Made by a program: the position numbers and the translations under genes. A stretch of DNA of 46,934 nt. Origin: Verrucomicrobiota bacterium (GTDB lineage Bacteria > Verrucomicrobiota > Verrucomicrobiia > Limisphaerales > DASXHY01). The notes below the pieces were generated by a model. It made no database searches. It saw only the letters and a program-made list of their open reading frames with translations, and was not told the DNA's origin. The stretch spans positions 1 to 46,934 of the forward strand of contig JBQCEJ010000013.1 of NCBI GenBank assembly GCA_051960355.1, in the 5' to 3' direction. Within the stretch, counting starts at the first letter, position 1; each line of letters opens with the position of its first letter. This document shows positions 25,421 to 33,577 of this stretch, piece by piece.

Positions 25421-28357
25421 ATGAAGTCCGCCCCGGCCTCGCGTTGTCGGTTGGTTGGGATTGTCCTCGCCCTCGGTCTGTTTGGCTTCTTCGCTCCCAT
25501 TACTCCGGCAGCCGTGCCGAATGCTGATATCAACTTGGAGCCCGTCGTCACCGATAATCTCCCGCTTATCTCCAGTCTCACCGCTTACGTCTATCCGAAC
25601 GACCGTGATGCCGTTTCCATAACGCTGGGCGGCAGCAATGTCCTTTACGACGCCCCGCTTTACTACCCGTTCGATACCGACACTCCCGGCTGGTGGGATA
25701 ATCTCGTGGCGGAACAATTGCAGGCCCGCCTCCCGGTCGTCATGTTCGCCAGTCGCGGAGCGAAAACCACAAACTCAACCCAGATAGACGGGAGCATGAA
25801 TCCCCGTCAACTCACCCGCATGGTCGCCGCCCTGGAACGCGCCAATGCCACCAACCTTTTCAAGCTCGCCTGTTTCATCGATTCCCCGAACATGCAGGAC
25901 ATTTACACCTACATCAACGGCCTGCCTTCGAGCACTCTCTGCGACATGTCCAGCGCATCCGATTGGACCAATGTCTTCTGGCTGCGCGGGGTGAAGCCCT
26001 GGTTTGACACGGTGCCCCGCCAATACTGGTTTACCGTCAACGGGCGCCCCGTGATTCAATGGTGGCACATCGGCAACTCCTGGTTTAGCAATCAGAATGG
26101 CAATTTGAGCCGAATGCTCCAAGTTTTGGCGAATGCATTTGAAGCGACCTACGGTGTCCGCCCGGGCTTCGTTCTGCATCACAGTTGGCCGACCTACGAT
26201 CCCAGCTCAACCAATCAACCAGATGTAATCGGAGTGGACAAGTGGTTCAGCCCGCCCAACACCTCTTACACCTACAACACCTTCAACGGTTTCACTTCGG
26301 GAACCTTGGTGCCGGGCTTTATTGACTCGAGCACGTTCGACCCTACCAGCTCGAATTACCAGAACGCAAACCGCGTCATTCCCCACAACGGGATGGCGGG
26401 CACCGGCACCAATGGCGACACGCTTATCGCCGGACTCGAAGCCGGCGTGATCGCCAAGCCCCGGCTCACCGTTCTCGAAGGCTGGAACGACGTTCGCGAG
26501 TGGGCGGGTTACTATCGCTGTGGCAATTCGTCGCGCTACGACTTTCCCAGCCAATACATTAACATCGTCCGCCGCTACACCGACTTGCGCACCCGTTCGC
26601 TCCGCCTGGAAGCCGAGGGTGCCGACGCCTACAACGACACCACCGCGGGCAATTCCGGCGGTGCGTGGCGGCGCTTCGGCGATCTGGACATCCGACCGCT
26701 CAGCGGCAGTGGTTGGGCCGTCACCGCCACCGCCGCCGGTGAGTGGGTTGAGTTCAAACAGATTAACTTTTCTGCCGGCAATTACCGCTTCCCGATCTGC
26801 TACGCTGCGTCGGCGTCGCGCACGGTTCGTCTGCTCATTGACGGCGTGCCGCTGCCCGATGTGGTTCTGCCTGCCACCGGGGGCACGAACAACTTCGACA
26901 CCTTCTCCCTTGGCTCCGCGGCCATCGCTCATGGCATCCACAACCTGAGGCTTTATTTTGTGGACGGCGGGGTGGACGTCGATTGGATTTTTGTCAGGAA
27001 ATACGATCCGGCGGTGACGTTTCAATCGGCAGTGAATGGTTGTTATCTCACCGCCGCTTGGGGCGGCAACGATGCGATGGTTTGCAATTGGACGGCGGCG
27101 GGCGCTTGGGAGCAATTCACAGTGGATGACCTGGCCGCCGGCGGTTCGCTCGTCAGCAGCAATAGTGTCAACCTCCAGGCTTACAATGGCCTTTATTTGT
27201 CCGCGACGAATGGCGGTGGTTCGTCCGTGCTGGCCAAAAAACGCACTCCGGCGAGCGCTGAAAATTTTTATCTCGTGAAGATCGGCGGCACCGGCACTCT
27301 CACCAACGGAAGCCAGGTGGCCATCAGAACCTCAGGCGGCAAGTATATTACCGTCAAGCTGGACGGCAGCGTTGACGCGAGCGGGGCGAGCATTGGAACG
27401 GCGCAGACATTTACCGTTAAGCTGGCGGGGGAGTTTATGCCGGTTACGCCAGTCGCTTCAACTCCCACCGGCCTGGTCGCCTCCGCAACGAGCAGCCGGA
27501 TCACTCTCTTCTGGACGGCCATCCCCGGAGCCATGAGTTACAACGTCAAGCGCGCTCCCAGCAGTGTCGGGCCTTACACCATCATCGCGGCCAACGTGAC
27601 CGCCACCACCACTTATGTTGATGCGTCGGTGTCTGCCGGGACGACTTATTACTATGTGGTCTCCGCCGTGAACTCTGGGGGTGAGAGCCCCAACTCCGTT
27701 CCCGCCGCCGCGCTATTTCCGATCATTTTGTCACAGGGCGCACCGGTCACGGCCAGCAGCCAACAGGGCGGAAATGAAGCGTTTAAAGGCAATGATGATG
27801 ACTCCGCTACGCGCTGGGCCGCTTCCGGTCCGGGGATGCCGCAATGGTGGCAGGTGGATTTGGGCACTAATCGCGATATAACCGGCGTGACCATTGAGTG
27901 GTACAACAGCAGTACGCGGGGTTACGGATATCAAATCGCGGTCAGCAGCGACAACGAGAACTTCACCACCGTCGTGGATAGGTCAGGGAACACGTCGTTG
28001 GGAGATGCCACGGAAAATTTCTCCGCTCTGCGCAAACGATTCGTCAAAATCACGGTGACCAGCTGCACGCAAGCGAATGGTTATGCTTCGTTTCACGAAT
28101 GCAGAGTTTATGGGGCGAGTACCCCGGCGGTGGCATTGAATCCGACCAATCTCACGGCGGTCGTTTCCGGCAATAGCTTGACGTTTTCCTGGCCAGCTGA
28201 TCATCTGGGCTGGTGGTTGCAGGTTCAGACAAATTCATTGCTTTCAGGATTGGGCACGAACTGGGTGACGCTGCCCGGATCTGATTTGGTGACCAGCACG
28301 AACATAACCATCAATCCCGCCAATGGCGCCGTGCTTTACCGATTGATTTATCCGTGA
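25421..28357 (+). CDS. Secreted multidomain carbohydrate-active protein
   Basis: Signal peptide after the ATG at 25421. Domain order, with approximate nt positions: an N-terminal ~400-aa catalytic-like domain of unrecognised family; CBM6-like (LRLEAEGADAY...GEWVEFKQINF..., ~26600-27000); beta-trefoil/fascin-like (~27010-27430); Fn3 (SYNVKRA...TTYYYVVSAVNSGGES, ~27460-27710); F5/8 type C (SATRWAA...WWQVDLG, ~27720-28110); and a C-terminal module ending YRLIYP. Confidence 0.8.
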   Translation: MKSAPASRCRLVGIVLALGLFGFFAPITPAAVPNADINLEPVVTDNLPLISSLTAYVYPNDRDAVSITLGGSNVLYDAPLYYPFDTDTPGWWDNLVAEQLQARLPVVMFASRGAKTTNSTQIDGSMNPRQLTRMVAALERANATNLFKLACFIDSPNMQDIYTYINGLPSSTLCDMSSASDWTNVFWLRGVKPWFDTVPRQYWFTVNGRPVIQWWHIGNSWFSNQNGNLSRMLQVLANAFEATYGVRPGFVLHHSWPTYDPSSTNQPDVIGVDKWFSPPNTSYTYNTFNGFTSGTLVPGFIDSSTFDPTSSNYQNANRVIPHNGMAGTGTNGDTLIAGLEAGVIAKPRLTVLEGWNDVREWAGYYRCGNSSRYDFPSQYINIVRRYTDLRTRSLRLEAEGADAYNDTTAGNSGGAWRRFGDLDIRPLSGSGWAVTATAAGEWVEFKQINFSAGNYRFPICYAASASRTVRLLIDGVPLPDVVLPATGGTNNFDTFSLGSAAIAHGIHNLRLYFVDGGVDVDWIFVRKYDPAVTFQSAVNGCYLTAAWGGNDAMVCNWTAAGAWEQFTVDDLAAGGSLVSSNSVNLQAYNGLYLSATNGGGSSVLAKKRTPASAENFYLVKIGGTGTLTNGSQVAIRTSGGKYITVKLDGSVDASGASIGTAQTFTVKLAGEFMPVTPVASTPTGLVASATSSRITLFWTAIPGAMSYNVKRAPSSVGPYTIIAANVTATTTYVDASVSAGTTYYYVVSAVNSGGESPNSVPAAALFPIILSQGAPVTASSQQGGNEAFKGNDDDSATRWAASGPGMPQWWQVDLGTNRDITGVTIEWYNSSTRGYGYQIAVSSDNENFTTVVDRSGNTSLGDATENFSALRKRFVKITVTSCTQANGYASFHECRVYGASTPAVALNPTNLTAVVSGNSLTFSWPADHLGWWLQVQTNSLLSGLGTNWVTLPGSDLVTSTNITINPANGAVLYRLIYP

Positions 28358-28577
28358 CGCAGGCCTTGTCTGCTGTATCGCTGGCTAATCAACCTGCCAC
28401 GTGATAACCTCGCGACGCGCTGCCGATTTGCAAACCGGCGCTACAGCACGTTGTGAAACGCTGCGCTACAAGCTTTGGAAGGTCTGTGCCTAATGCTGGG
28501 TGAATATCCGGGCTAAGCCCGCTCTGATCGCCCTCTGACGATTTTCTACTGCATTAAGTGTTTAAGCCCGTGCGGCC

Positions 28578-28593
28578 TCCCCCCTTTCGGGGA
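28578..28593 (+). promoter_or_regulatory. Palindromic site B (TCCCCcctttcGGGGA) within the hairpin GCCTCCCCCCTTTCGGGGAATAGGC (28575-28599)
   Basis: Exact palindrome 80 nt upstream of the ATG at 28674 (17 nt upstream of the alternative ATG at 28611). Confidence 0.4.
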
Positions 28594-28673
28594 ATAGGCA
28601 ATCCAGCGGTTTGATACATGATATGGCTATGAATCTTGGTTATCCCGATCAACCACACACTGGCATTGGTTCC

Positions 28674-29441
28674 ATGCAAAATAACGCTCCCCTCCTGAAG
28701 CGAAGCACGTCCAGAGCTTTTACGCTCATTGAGTTGCTGGTCGTCATCGCCATCATCGCCATCCTGGCGGCCATGCTGCTGCCAGCCTTGGCCAAGGCCA
28801 AGCAAAAGGCGAATCAGATTTCGTGTCTCAATAATCAAAAGCAACTGGCTTTGGGAATTATCATGTATGCGGGGGATTCGAATGAGGTCATGCCATCGGA
28901 CGCTTCGCGGGTTCGCAACCCGAGCACAGCGCCAGACATGTGGATCTGGTGGAATGGAGGCGCAGGGTTGTACGGTGCTGATAAGAGTCCGATTTTGTTA
29001 GCGATCCGGGGCAGCACGAATATTTTTCTCTGTCCGATGGATAAGTTGACCGGAAGCCAGCGGGAATCGTCAGCACAGCATGGCTGGAATTTCAGTTATA
29101 CCATGAATGGCTATGTGAAAACGGGCGGTGAACTCGCTGGCTGTGGTTCTACCTACGCTTCGGGTACCGGCACTTTCATGGCCAGAAAATCGACCAGCAT
29201 CAAGCGCCCGGTGGAAAAGATATTGCTGGCGGAAGAACCCGTGTCCAGCCAGGACATTCCCACCGGCTATCCCAGCACGGCGTATGCGGACGATGGTCGC
29301 TGGGTGCCTGGTGTCACCGGACCGAACACCATCACGACCCGCCACAGCAAACGGGGCAACGCCAACTTTGCGGACGGCCATGCCCAACCAGTGGATGCCA
29401 AGTATGCATCCGATCCTGACCACTTTGACACGTCGTACTGA
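28674..29441 (+). CDS. Prepilin-type N-terminal cleavage/methylation domain protein with a C-terminal H-X9-DG motif (DUF1559-like)
   Basis: [26 protein letters not shown], then [18 protein letters not shown]. The C-terminus reads [13 protein letters not shown], which is H-x9-DG. The start is uncertain (28611, 28623 or 28674). Confidence 0.85.
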   Translation: MQNNAPLLKRSTSRAFTLIELLVVIAIIAILAAMLLPALAKAKQKANQISCLNNQKQLALGIIMYAGDSNEVMPSDASRVRNPSTAPDMWIWWNGGAGLYGADKSPILLAIRGSTNIFLCPMDKLTGSQRESSAQHGWNFSYTMNGYVKTGGELAGCGSTYASGTGTFMARKSTSIKRPVEKILLAEEPVSSQDIPTGYPSTAYADDGRWVPGVTGPNTITTRHSKRGNANFADGHAQPVDAKYASDPDHFDTSY

Positions 29442-29534
29442 AGGTTCCCTTGACCAATTGGCTTCCGTCGGGCCACTGCCAATGTTGCCAGATGATCCCC
29501 GGCTGAAATGGCTCCAACCACATCTGACTACTGG

Positions 29535-31280
29535 ATGAAACAAATCAAAGCGTTGCTGTGTCTTGCGGTTGCTCTGCTGGGCTCCATTCACTCAGCGGTA
29601 TCCCGCGGGGACCTTCGCTATGACTGGCCGCTGTTCACCTACAATTTCGGCGGCCTGGAAAAGCTTTCGATCGAAGAGCAGGTGAACCTGCTGCACCGCC
29701 ACGGCTATGCCGGGCTGGCCGTGGACATCGGGAGCGCCGCCAAGCTGGCCGAATTGGACCTCTACCGGACGGCCGCTCAAAAGGCGGAAGGGTTCAGGAT
29801 TTATGCGGCGTTCTACCGTTTCAACTTCGATGAAAAAACCGGCATCAGCCGTGAGTGGGTTCAGGCGGTTGACCAGCTTGCCGGAACGGGAACGGATCTG
29901 TGGCTCATTTCGGGGAAACCACAGACCGGCCTCACGCCAGAATTACTGGAGAAGGAAATCCGGAAGGTCGTGGATTACGCCGCTACGAAATCGGTGAAGG
30001 TCACGCTTTATCCGCACAGCAACAACGTGATCGCCACTGCGGAACAGGCGCTGGTTTATGTGGAAAAGATAAACCGCCCAAACCTCGACCTGGCCGTGCA
30101 TACTTGCCATGAGATTCGGGCGGGCAACGCCGATCGCATCGAGGATGTTCTGGAGAAAGTGAAGGATCATCTGGGCTATGTCACGATCGCCGGGAGCGAT
30201 AACATTCCCAACCAGACCAACGGGAGCGAGTGGGAATACTCCACGCTCAAGCCGCTTTACCGGGGAAACTTCGACCTGACCCGCGTGTTGAAAAAGCTCC
30301 GCAGTCTGGACTACCGCGGACCGATTGGATTCATCAATCACCGCGTTGCCGAAGCGCCGGAATTCTATCTGCCGCTGTCCAAATCCACCTACGACCAGTG
30401 GATTCAGGAATTGAATGCGTTGCCGTCCCGACCGTTCGACGCGCCGGATCAATGCGTCTGGCATGCACCCAGCCAGACTTGGTTCGTCTCGAATCTGGGC
30501 GGCGGCATCTCGCTGGCGAAGGATGCCTACGGCTGGATCACTCGGCTCGATAAAGACGGCAAGGTCATTGATCCCTTTTGGATCGGCCTGGCCGAGCGGA
30601 TGCACGCGCCGTCCGGCATGGTGGCGACCGACCGCTACCTTTACGTCTGTGACCGGGAAGGCGTGCATCAAATTGATATTGTTGCGCGAAAAATTTTGAA
30701 GTTTTACCCCATTCCTCAGGGCGAATTCATCAACGACATCGCTATTGCCGATAATGGCGATCTCTATGTCTCGGATTTCTTTGCCAACCAGATATACCGC
30801 TTGCCGGAGGAGTCGCGCGTGGTCGAGGTTTGGTTGAAAACCGATCGCTTGGAAGCGCCCGACGGACTCTATATTGATGGCGGCAAACTCATCGTCGGTT
30901 CGTGGGGCGTGCTGAGCGAGCCGGGAACGTTTAAGACTTCCAAGAAAGGTGATTTGCTCAAGATCGATCTCAAGACCAAGAAAATTGAAATGTTGTCCAA
31001 GGAGGCGGGCAACTTGGAGGGAATCACCCAGGCGGGAGAATTTTATTACGTCACGGATTGGGCCGCCGGCAAGTTGTTGAAGATTGACGCCGAGACCGGC
31101 ACCGTAAGCGAGTTGCTCGCCGGTTTGCGAAACCCGACGGATCCTGGTTATGCGCCCGAGTTGGGTGTGTTGGCGTTTCCGCAGCATACTGGGGATCAGG
31201 TGCTGTTTATCCAGGTGAAAACTGCCGCCGAGATGCGCCGGAATGGAAGCGCACCGTCTGATGCAAAAATCGATTTCTAG
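29535..31280 (+). CDS. Fusion protein: xylose-isomerase-like TIM barrel joined to an SMP-30/gluconolactonase/NHL-like beta-propeller
   Basis: Signal peptide MKQIKALLCLAVALLGS. The N-terminal half resembles sugar phosphate isomerase/epimerase (VTLYPHSNNVIAT, LDLAVHTCHE). The C-terminal ~280 aa have propeller-like repeats (DIAIADNGDLYVSDFFANQIYRL, APDGLYIDGGKLIV, YYVTDWAAGKLLKID). Confidence 0.75.
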   Translation: MKQIKALLCLAVALLGSIHSAVSRGDLRYDWPLFTYNFGGLEKLSIEEQVNLLHRHGYAGLAVDIGSAAKLAELDLYRTAAQKAEGFRIYAAFYRFNFDEKTGISREWVQAVDQLAGTGTDLWLISGKPQTGLTPELLEKEIRKVVDYAATKSVKVTLYPHSNNVIATAEQALVYVEKINRPNLDLAVHTCHEIRAGNADRIEDVLEKVKDHLGYVTIAGSDNIPNQTNGSEWEYSTLKPLYRGNFDLTRVLKKLRSLDYRGPIGFINHRVAEAPEFYLPLSKSTYDQWIQELNALPSRPFDAPDQCVWHAPSQTWFVSNLGGGISLAKDAYGWITRLDKDGKVIDPFWIGLAERMHAPSGMVATDRYLYVCDREGVHQIDIVARKILKFYPIPQGEFINDIAIADNGDLYVSDFFANQIYRLPEESRVVEVWLKTDRLEAPDGLYIDGGKLIVGSWGVLSEPGTFKTSKKGDLLKIDLKTKKIEMLSKEAGNLEGITQAGEFYYVTDWAAGKLLKIDAETGTVSELLAGLRNPTDPGYAPELGVLAFPQHTGDQVLFIQVKTAAEMRRNGSAPSDAKIDF

Positions 31281-31318
31281 TTCAAGAGACTGTCACACGT
31301 CTGGTATAAACGAATGAT

Positions 31319-31768
31319 ATGAAAACATTGCTCGATTTTGCTGCCGCCGCGCTGGCACTCCTGTTGCCGGCCTCCGCTCAGAACGACTCCGCCGCCCAGC
31401 AACTCGGCTGGACGCTCGCGGTTCACTCTTACACCTTCCAGAAATTCTCCATTTTGGAGGCGATTGATAAAACCGCAGCGGTCGGCGTGAAACACATGAG
31501 CATATCCGGCAGCGTGAATCTGCCGGACACAGATGGGAAGTTCACCAAAGCTTCAACCATCCGGATGACGACGAACGATGTTGCCGCCATCACGGATCGG
31601 ATGAAGGCGAAGGGGATTGATCCAGTGTTTGTGAACATGGGCGTGGTCAAGCCAGGCATCGATGAGGCCGAGAGCCGGAAGATTTTTGAAGGCGCGAAAC
31701 GTCTCGGCATCACCGTCCTGGTGGCTGAACCGGAAACGCACGACAAGATGGAAGAACTTGGCCCGTAA
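31319..31768 (+). CDS. Sugar phosphate isomerase/epimerase (xylose-isomerase-like TIM barrel), N-terminal half with signal peptide
   Basis: GWTLAVHSYTFQKFSILEAIDKTAAVGVKH...ITVLVAEPE matches the first half of a ~290-aa family common in PVC/Bacteroidota. It ends at a TAA that overlaps the next ATG. Confidence 0.6.
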   Translation: MKTLLDFAAAALALLLPASAQNDSAAQQLGWTLAVHSYTFQKFSILEAIDKTAAVGVKHMSISGSVNLPDTDGKFTKASTIRMTTNDVAAITDRMKAKGIDPVFVNMGVVKPGIDEAESRKIFEGAKRLGITVLVAEPETHDKMEELGP

Positions 31769-32214
31769 TGGACGTGGTGGAGAAACTCGCCATCGAATAC
31801 AACATCAAGGTCGCCATCCATAATCATCCCGGCCCGAAAAATTTTTATTGGAACCCCGACACCGTGGCCGCCGCTGTCAAAGGCCGCAGCCCGTTGCTGG
31901 GCGCGTGCGCGGACGTGGGACATTGGGTGCGCTCCGGGCTGGATCCAGTCGCGTGCCTCAAGAAATTGGAAGGTCGCGTGATCACACTGCTTTTCAAGGA
32001 TCTCAACGTGCCTGGCCCCAAAGCGCACGATGTGCCGTGGGGCACCGGCATCAGCAACGCGAAAGGCATGCTCGCCGAATTGCAACGTCAGAAGTTCAAG
32101 GGCGCCATCTGCATCGAATACGAATACAACTGGGAGAACTCCTCGCCAGAAATTGCCCAGTCTGTGGCTTGGTTCAATGCCACCTGTGCCGAACTGGTGC
32201 GCGCGGGACAATAA
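31768..32214 (+). CDS. Sugar phosphate isomerase/epimerase, C-terminal half (split or frameshifted)
   Basis: VEKLAIEYNIKVAIHNHPGPKNFYWNPDTV...GACADVGHW...LLFKDLN...AHDVPWGTG...ICIEYEY matches the second half of the same family. Confidence 0.6.
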   Translation: MDVVEKLAIEYNIKVAIHNHPGPKNFYWNPDTVAAAVKGRSPLLGACADVGHWVRSGLDPVACLKKLEGRVITLLFKDLNVPGPKAHDVPWGTGISNAKGMLAELQRQKFKGAICIEYEYNWENSSPEIAQSVAWFNATCAELVRAGQ

Positions 32215-32221
32215 ATCCAAA

Positions 32222-33577
32222 ATGAAATTCATTCTCGCAGCACTCCTCGGATTGCTCGCGCTGGCGCGCGCCAACTCGTTTGCCGCACGACCGAACTTCC
32301 TCATCATCCTCGCCGATGATCTCGGTTACGGCGATGTCTCGGCCTATCATCCGTCGGACGTGCGCACGCCGAATATTGATCGCTTGGGCGCGCAGGGATT
32401 GTTGTTCACCACCATGCGAGCCAACTGCACGGTGTGTTCGCCGTCGCGCGCGGCCTTGCTCACGGGGCGCTACGCGGATCGTGCGGGGGTGCCGGGACTC
32501 ATACGCACGCAGCCGGAGGATTCGTGGGGATATTTCAACCCGAAGATTCCAACGCTGGCCGATGAACTGAAACAGGCGGGCTACCGCACGGCCATCATCG
32601 GCAAGTGGAACCTCGGTCTCGAATCGCCGAACCTGCCGAACGAGCGCGGCTTTGAATTCTTCCACGGCTTTCTCGGCGACATGATGGACAGCTACACCAC
32701 GCACCTCCGCGAGGGGCACAATTACATGCGCCGCAACAGCGAGGTCATCGAACCTAAGGGCCACGCGACGGACATCTTCACCGCCTGGGCCGTCGAGTAT
32801 CTGCGCGAGCGGGCCAGGGCGAAGGATCAACCCTTCTTTCTCTACCTCGCCTACAATGCGCCGCATTTTCCCATCGAGCCGCCCGCCGACTGGCTGGCGC
32901 GCGTGAAAGCCCGCGCGCCGCAACTCGAGGAGAAGCGCGCAAAGAACGTCGCCTTGGTCGAGCATCTCGACGATGGCATCGGGCGCGTGCTCGCCGCCTT
33001 GAAGGAGAACGGGCTGGAGGAAAACACCGTGGTGGTTTTTTCCAGCGACAACGGCGGTTCGTTGCCGCATGCGCAGAACAACGACCCGTGGCGGGGCGGC
33101 AAGCAGGATCATTATGACGGCGGTCTGCGCGTCCCGTTCATTGTGCGCTGGCCGGCGCAGGTCCAAGCCGGTTCTCGCAGCGATTACGCCGGGCTGAACT
33201 TTGATGTTTTCCCCACGTTCTTGGAGCTGGCCGGCGCGAAACCCGCCGCCGATTTGGACGCCATCAGCCTCGTGCCTGTGCTCAAGGGCGGCACCATCAC
33301 CGCGTCACGCGATCTTTATTTTACCCGGCGCGAAGGGGGCATGCTTTACGACGGCAAGACTTACGAGGCGATCATTCGCGGCGACTGGAAACTCATGCAG
33401 AACGATCCCTTCAGCCCGCAGGAACTTTACAACCTGAAGACCGACCCGCAGGAACGCACCAATCTCGCGGCTACGAACAAGAAGATGTTCAACGAACTCT
33501 CCGCCGCTCTGCGCCGGCATATTCAGATTGGCGGCGCGACGCCGTGGCAGAAGCCGTCTCTCGGTAGTTCTCGATAA
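32222..33577 (+). CDS. Sulfatase (arylsulfatase A / GalNAc-6-sulfatase-like), Cys-type
   Basis: ORF 32030..33577, trimmed to the ATG at 32222 (signal peptide). FLIILADDLGYGD, CTVCSPSRAALLTGRY, GKWNLG, SSDNGG and GGLRVPFIVRWP are present. Confidence 0.9.
   Translation: MKFILAALLGLLALARANSFAARPNFLIILADDLGYGDVSAYHPSDVRTPNIDRLGAQGLLFTTMRANCTVCSPSRAALLTGRYADRAGVPGLIRTQPEDSWGYFNPKIPTLADELKQAGYRTAIIGKWNLGLESPNLPNERGFEFFHGFLGDMMDSYTTHLREGHNYMRRNSEVIEPKGHATDIFTAWAVEYLRERARAKDQPFFLYLAYNAPHFPIEPPADWLARVKARAPQLEEKRAKNVALVEHLDDGIGRVLAALKENGLEENTVVVFSSDNGGSLPHAQNNDPWRGGKQDHYDGGLRVPFIVRWPAQVQAGSRSDYAGLNFDVFPTFLELAGAKPAADLDAISLVPVLKGGTITASRDLYFTRREGGMLYDGKTYEAIIRGDWKLMQNDPFSPQELYNLKTDPQERTNLAATNKKMFNELSAALRRHIQIGGATPWQKPSLGSSR

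Noticed and set aside
29904-29920. CTCATTTCGGGGAAACC, which resembles the right half of the palindromic motif
   Set aside because: It lies inside the coding sequence of the 29535 gene and lacks the TCCCC left arm. It is a partial chance match.
29943-31187. 414-aa minus-strand ORF. Similar ORFs occur at 36601-37695, 39979-40992, 32174-33166 and 31429-32307.
   Set aside because: All are antisense to plus-strand genes with clear domain motifs, and all are Arg/Gly/Ala-rich with no recognisable domains. I treat them as shadow ORFs.
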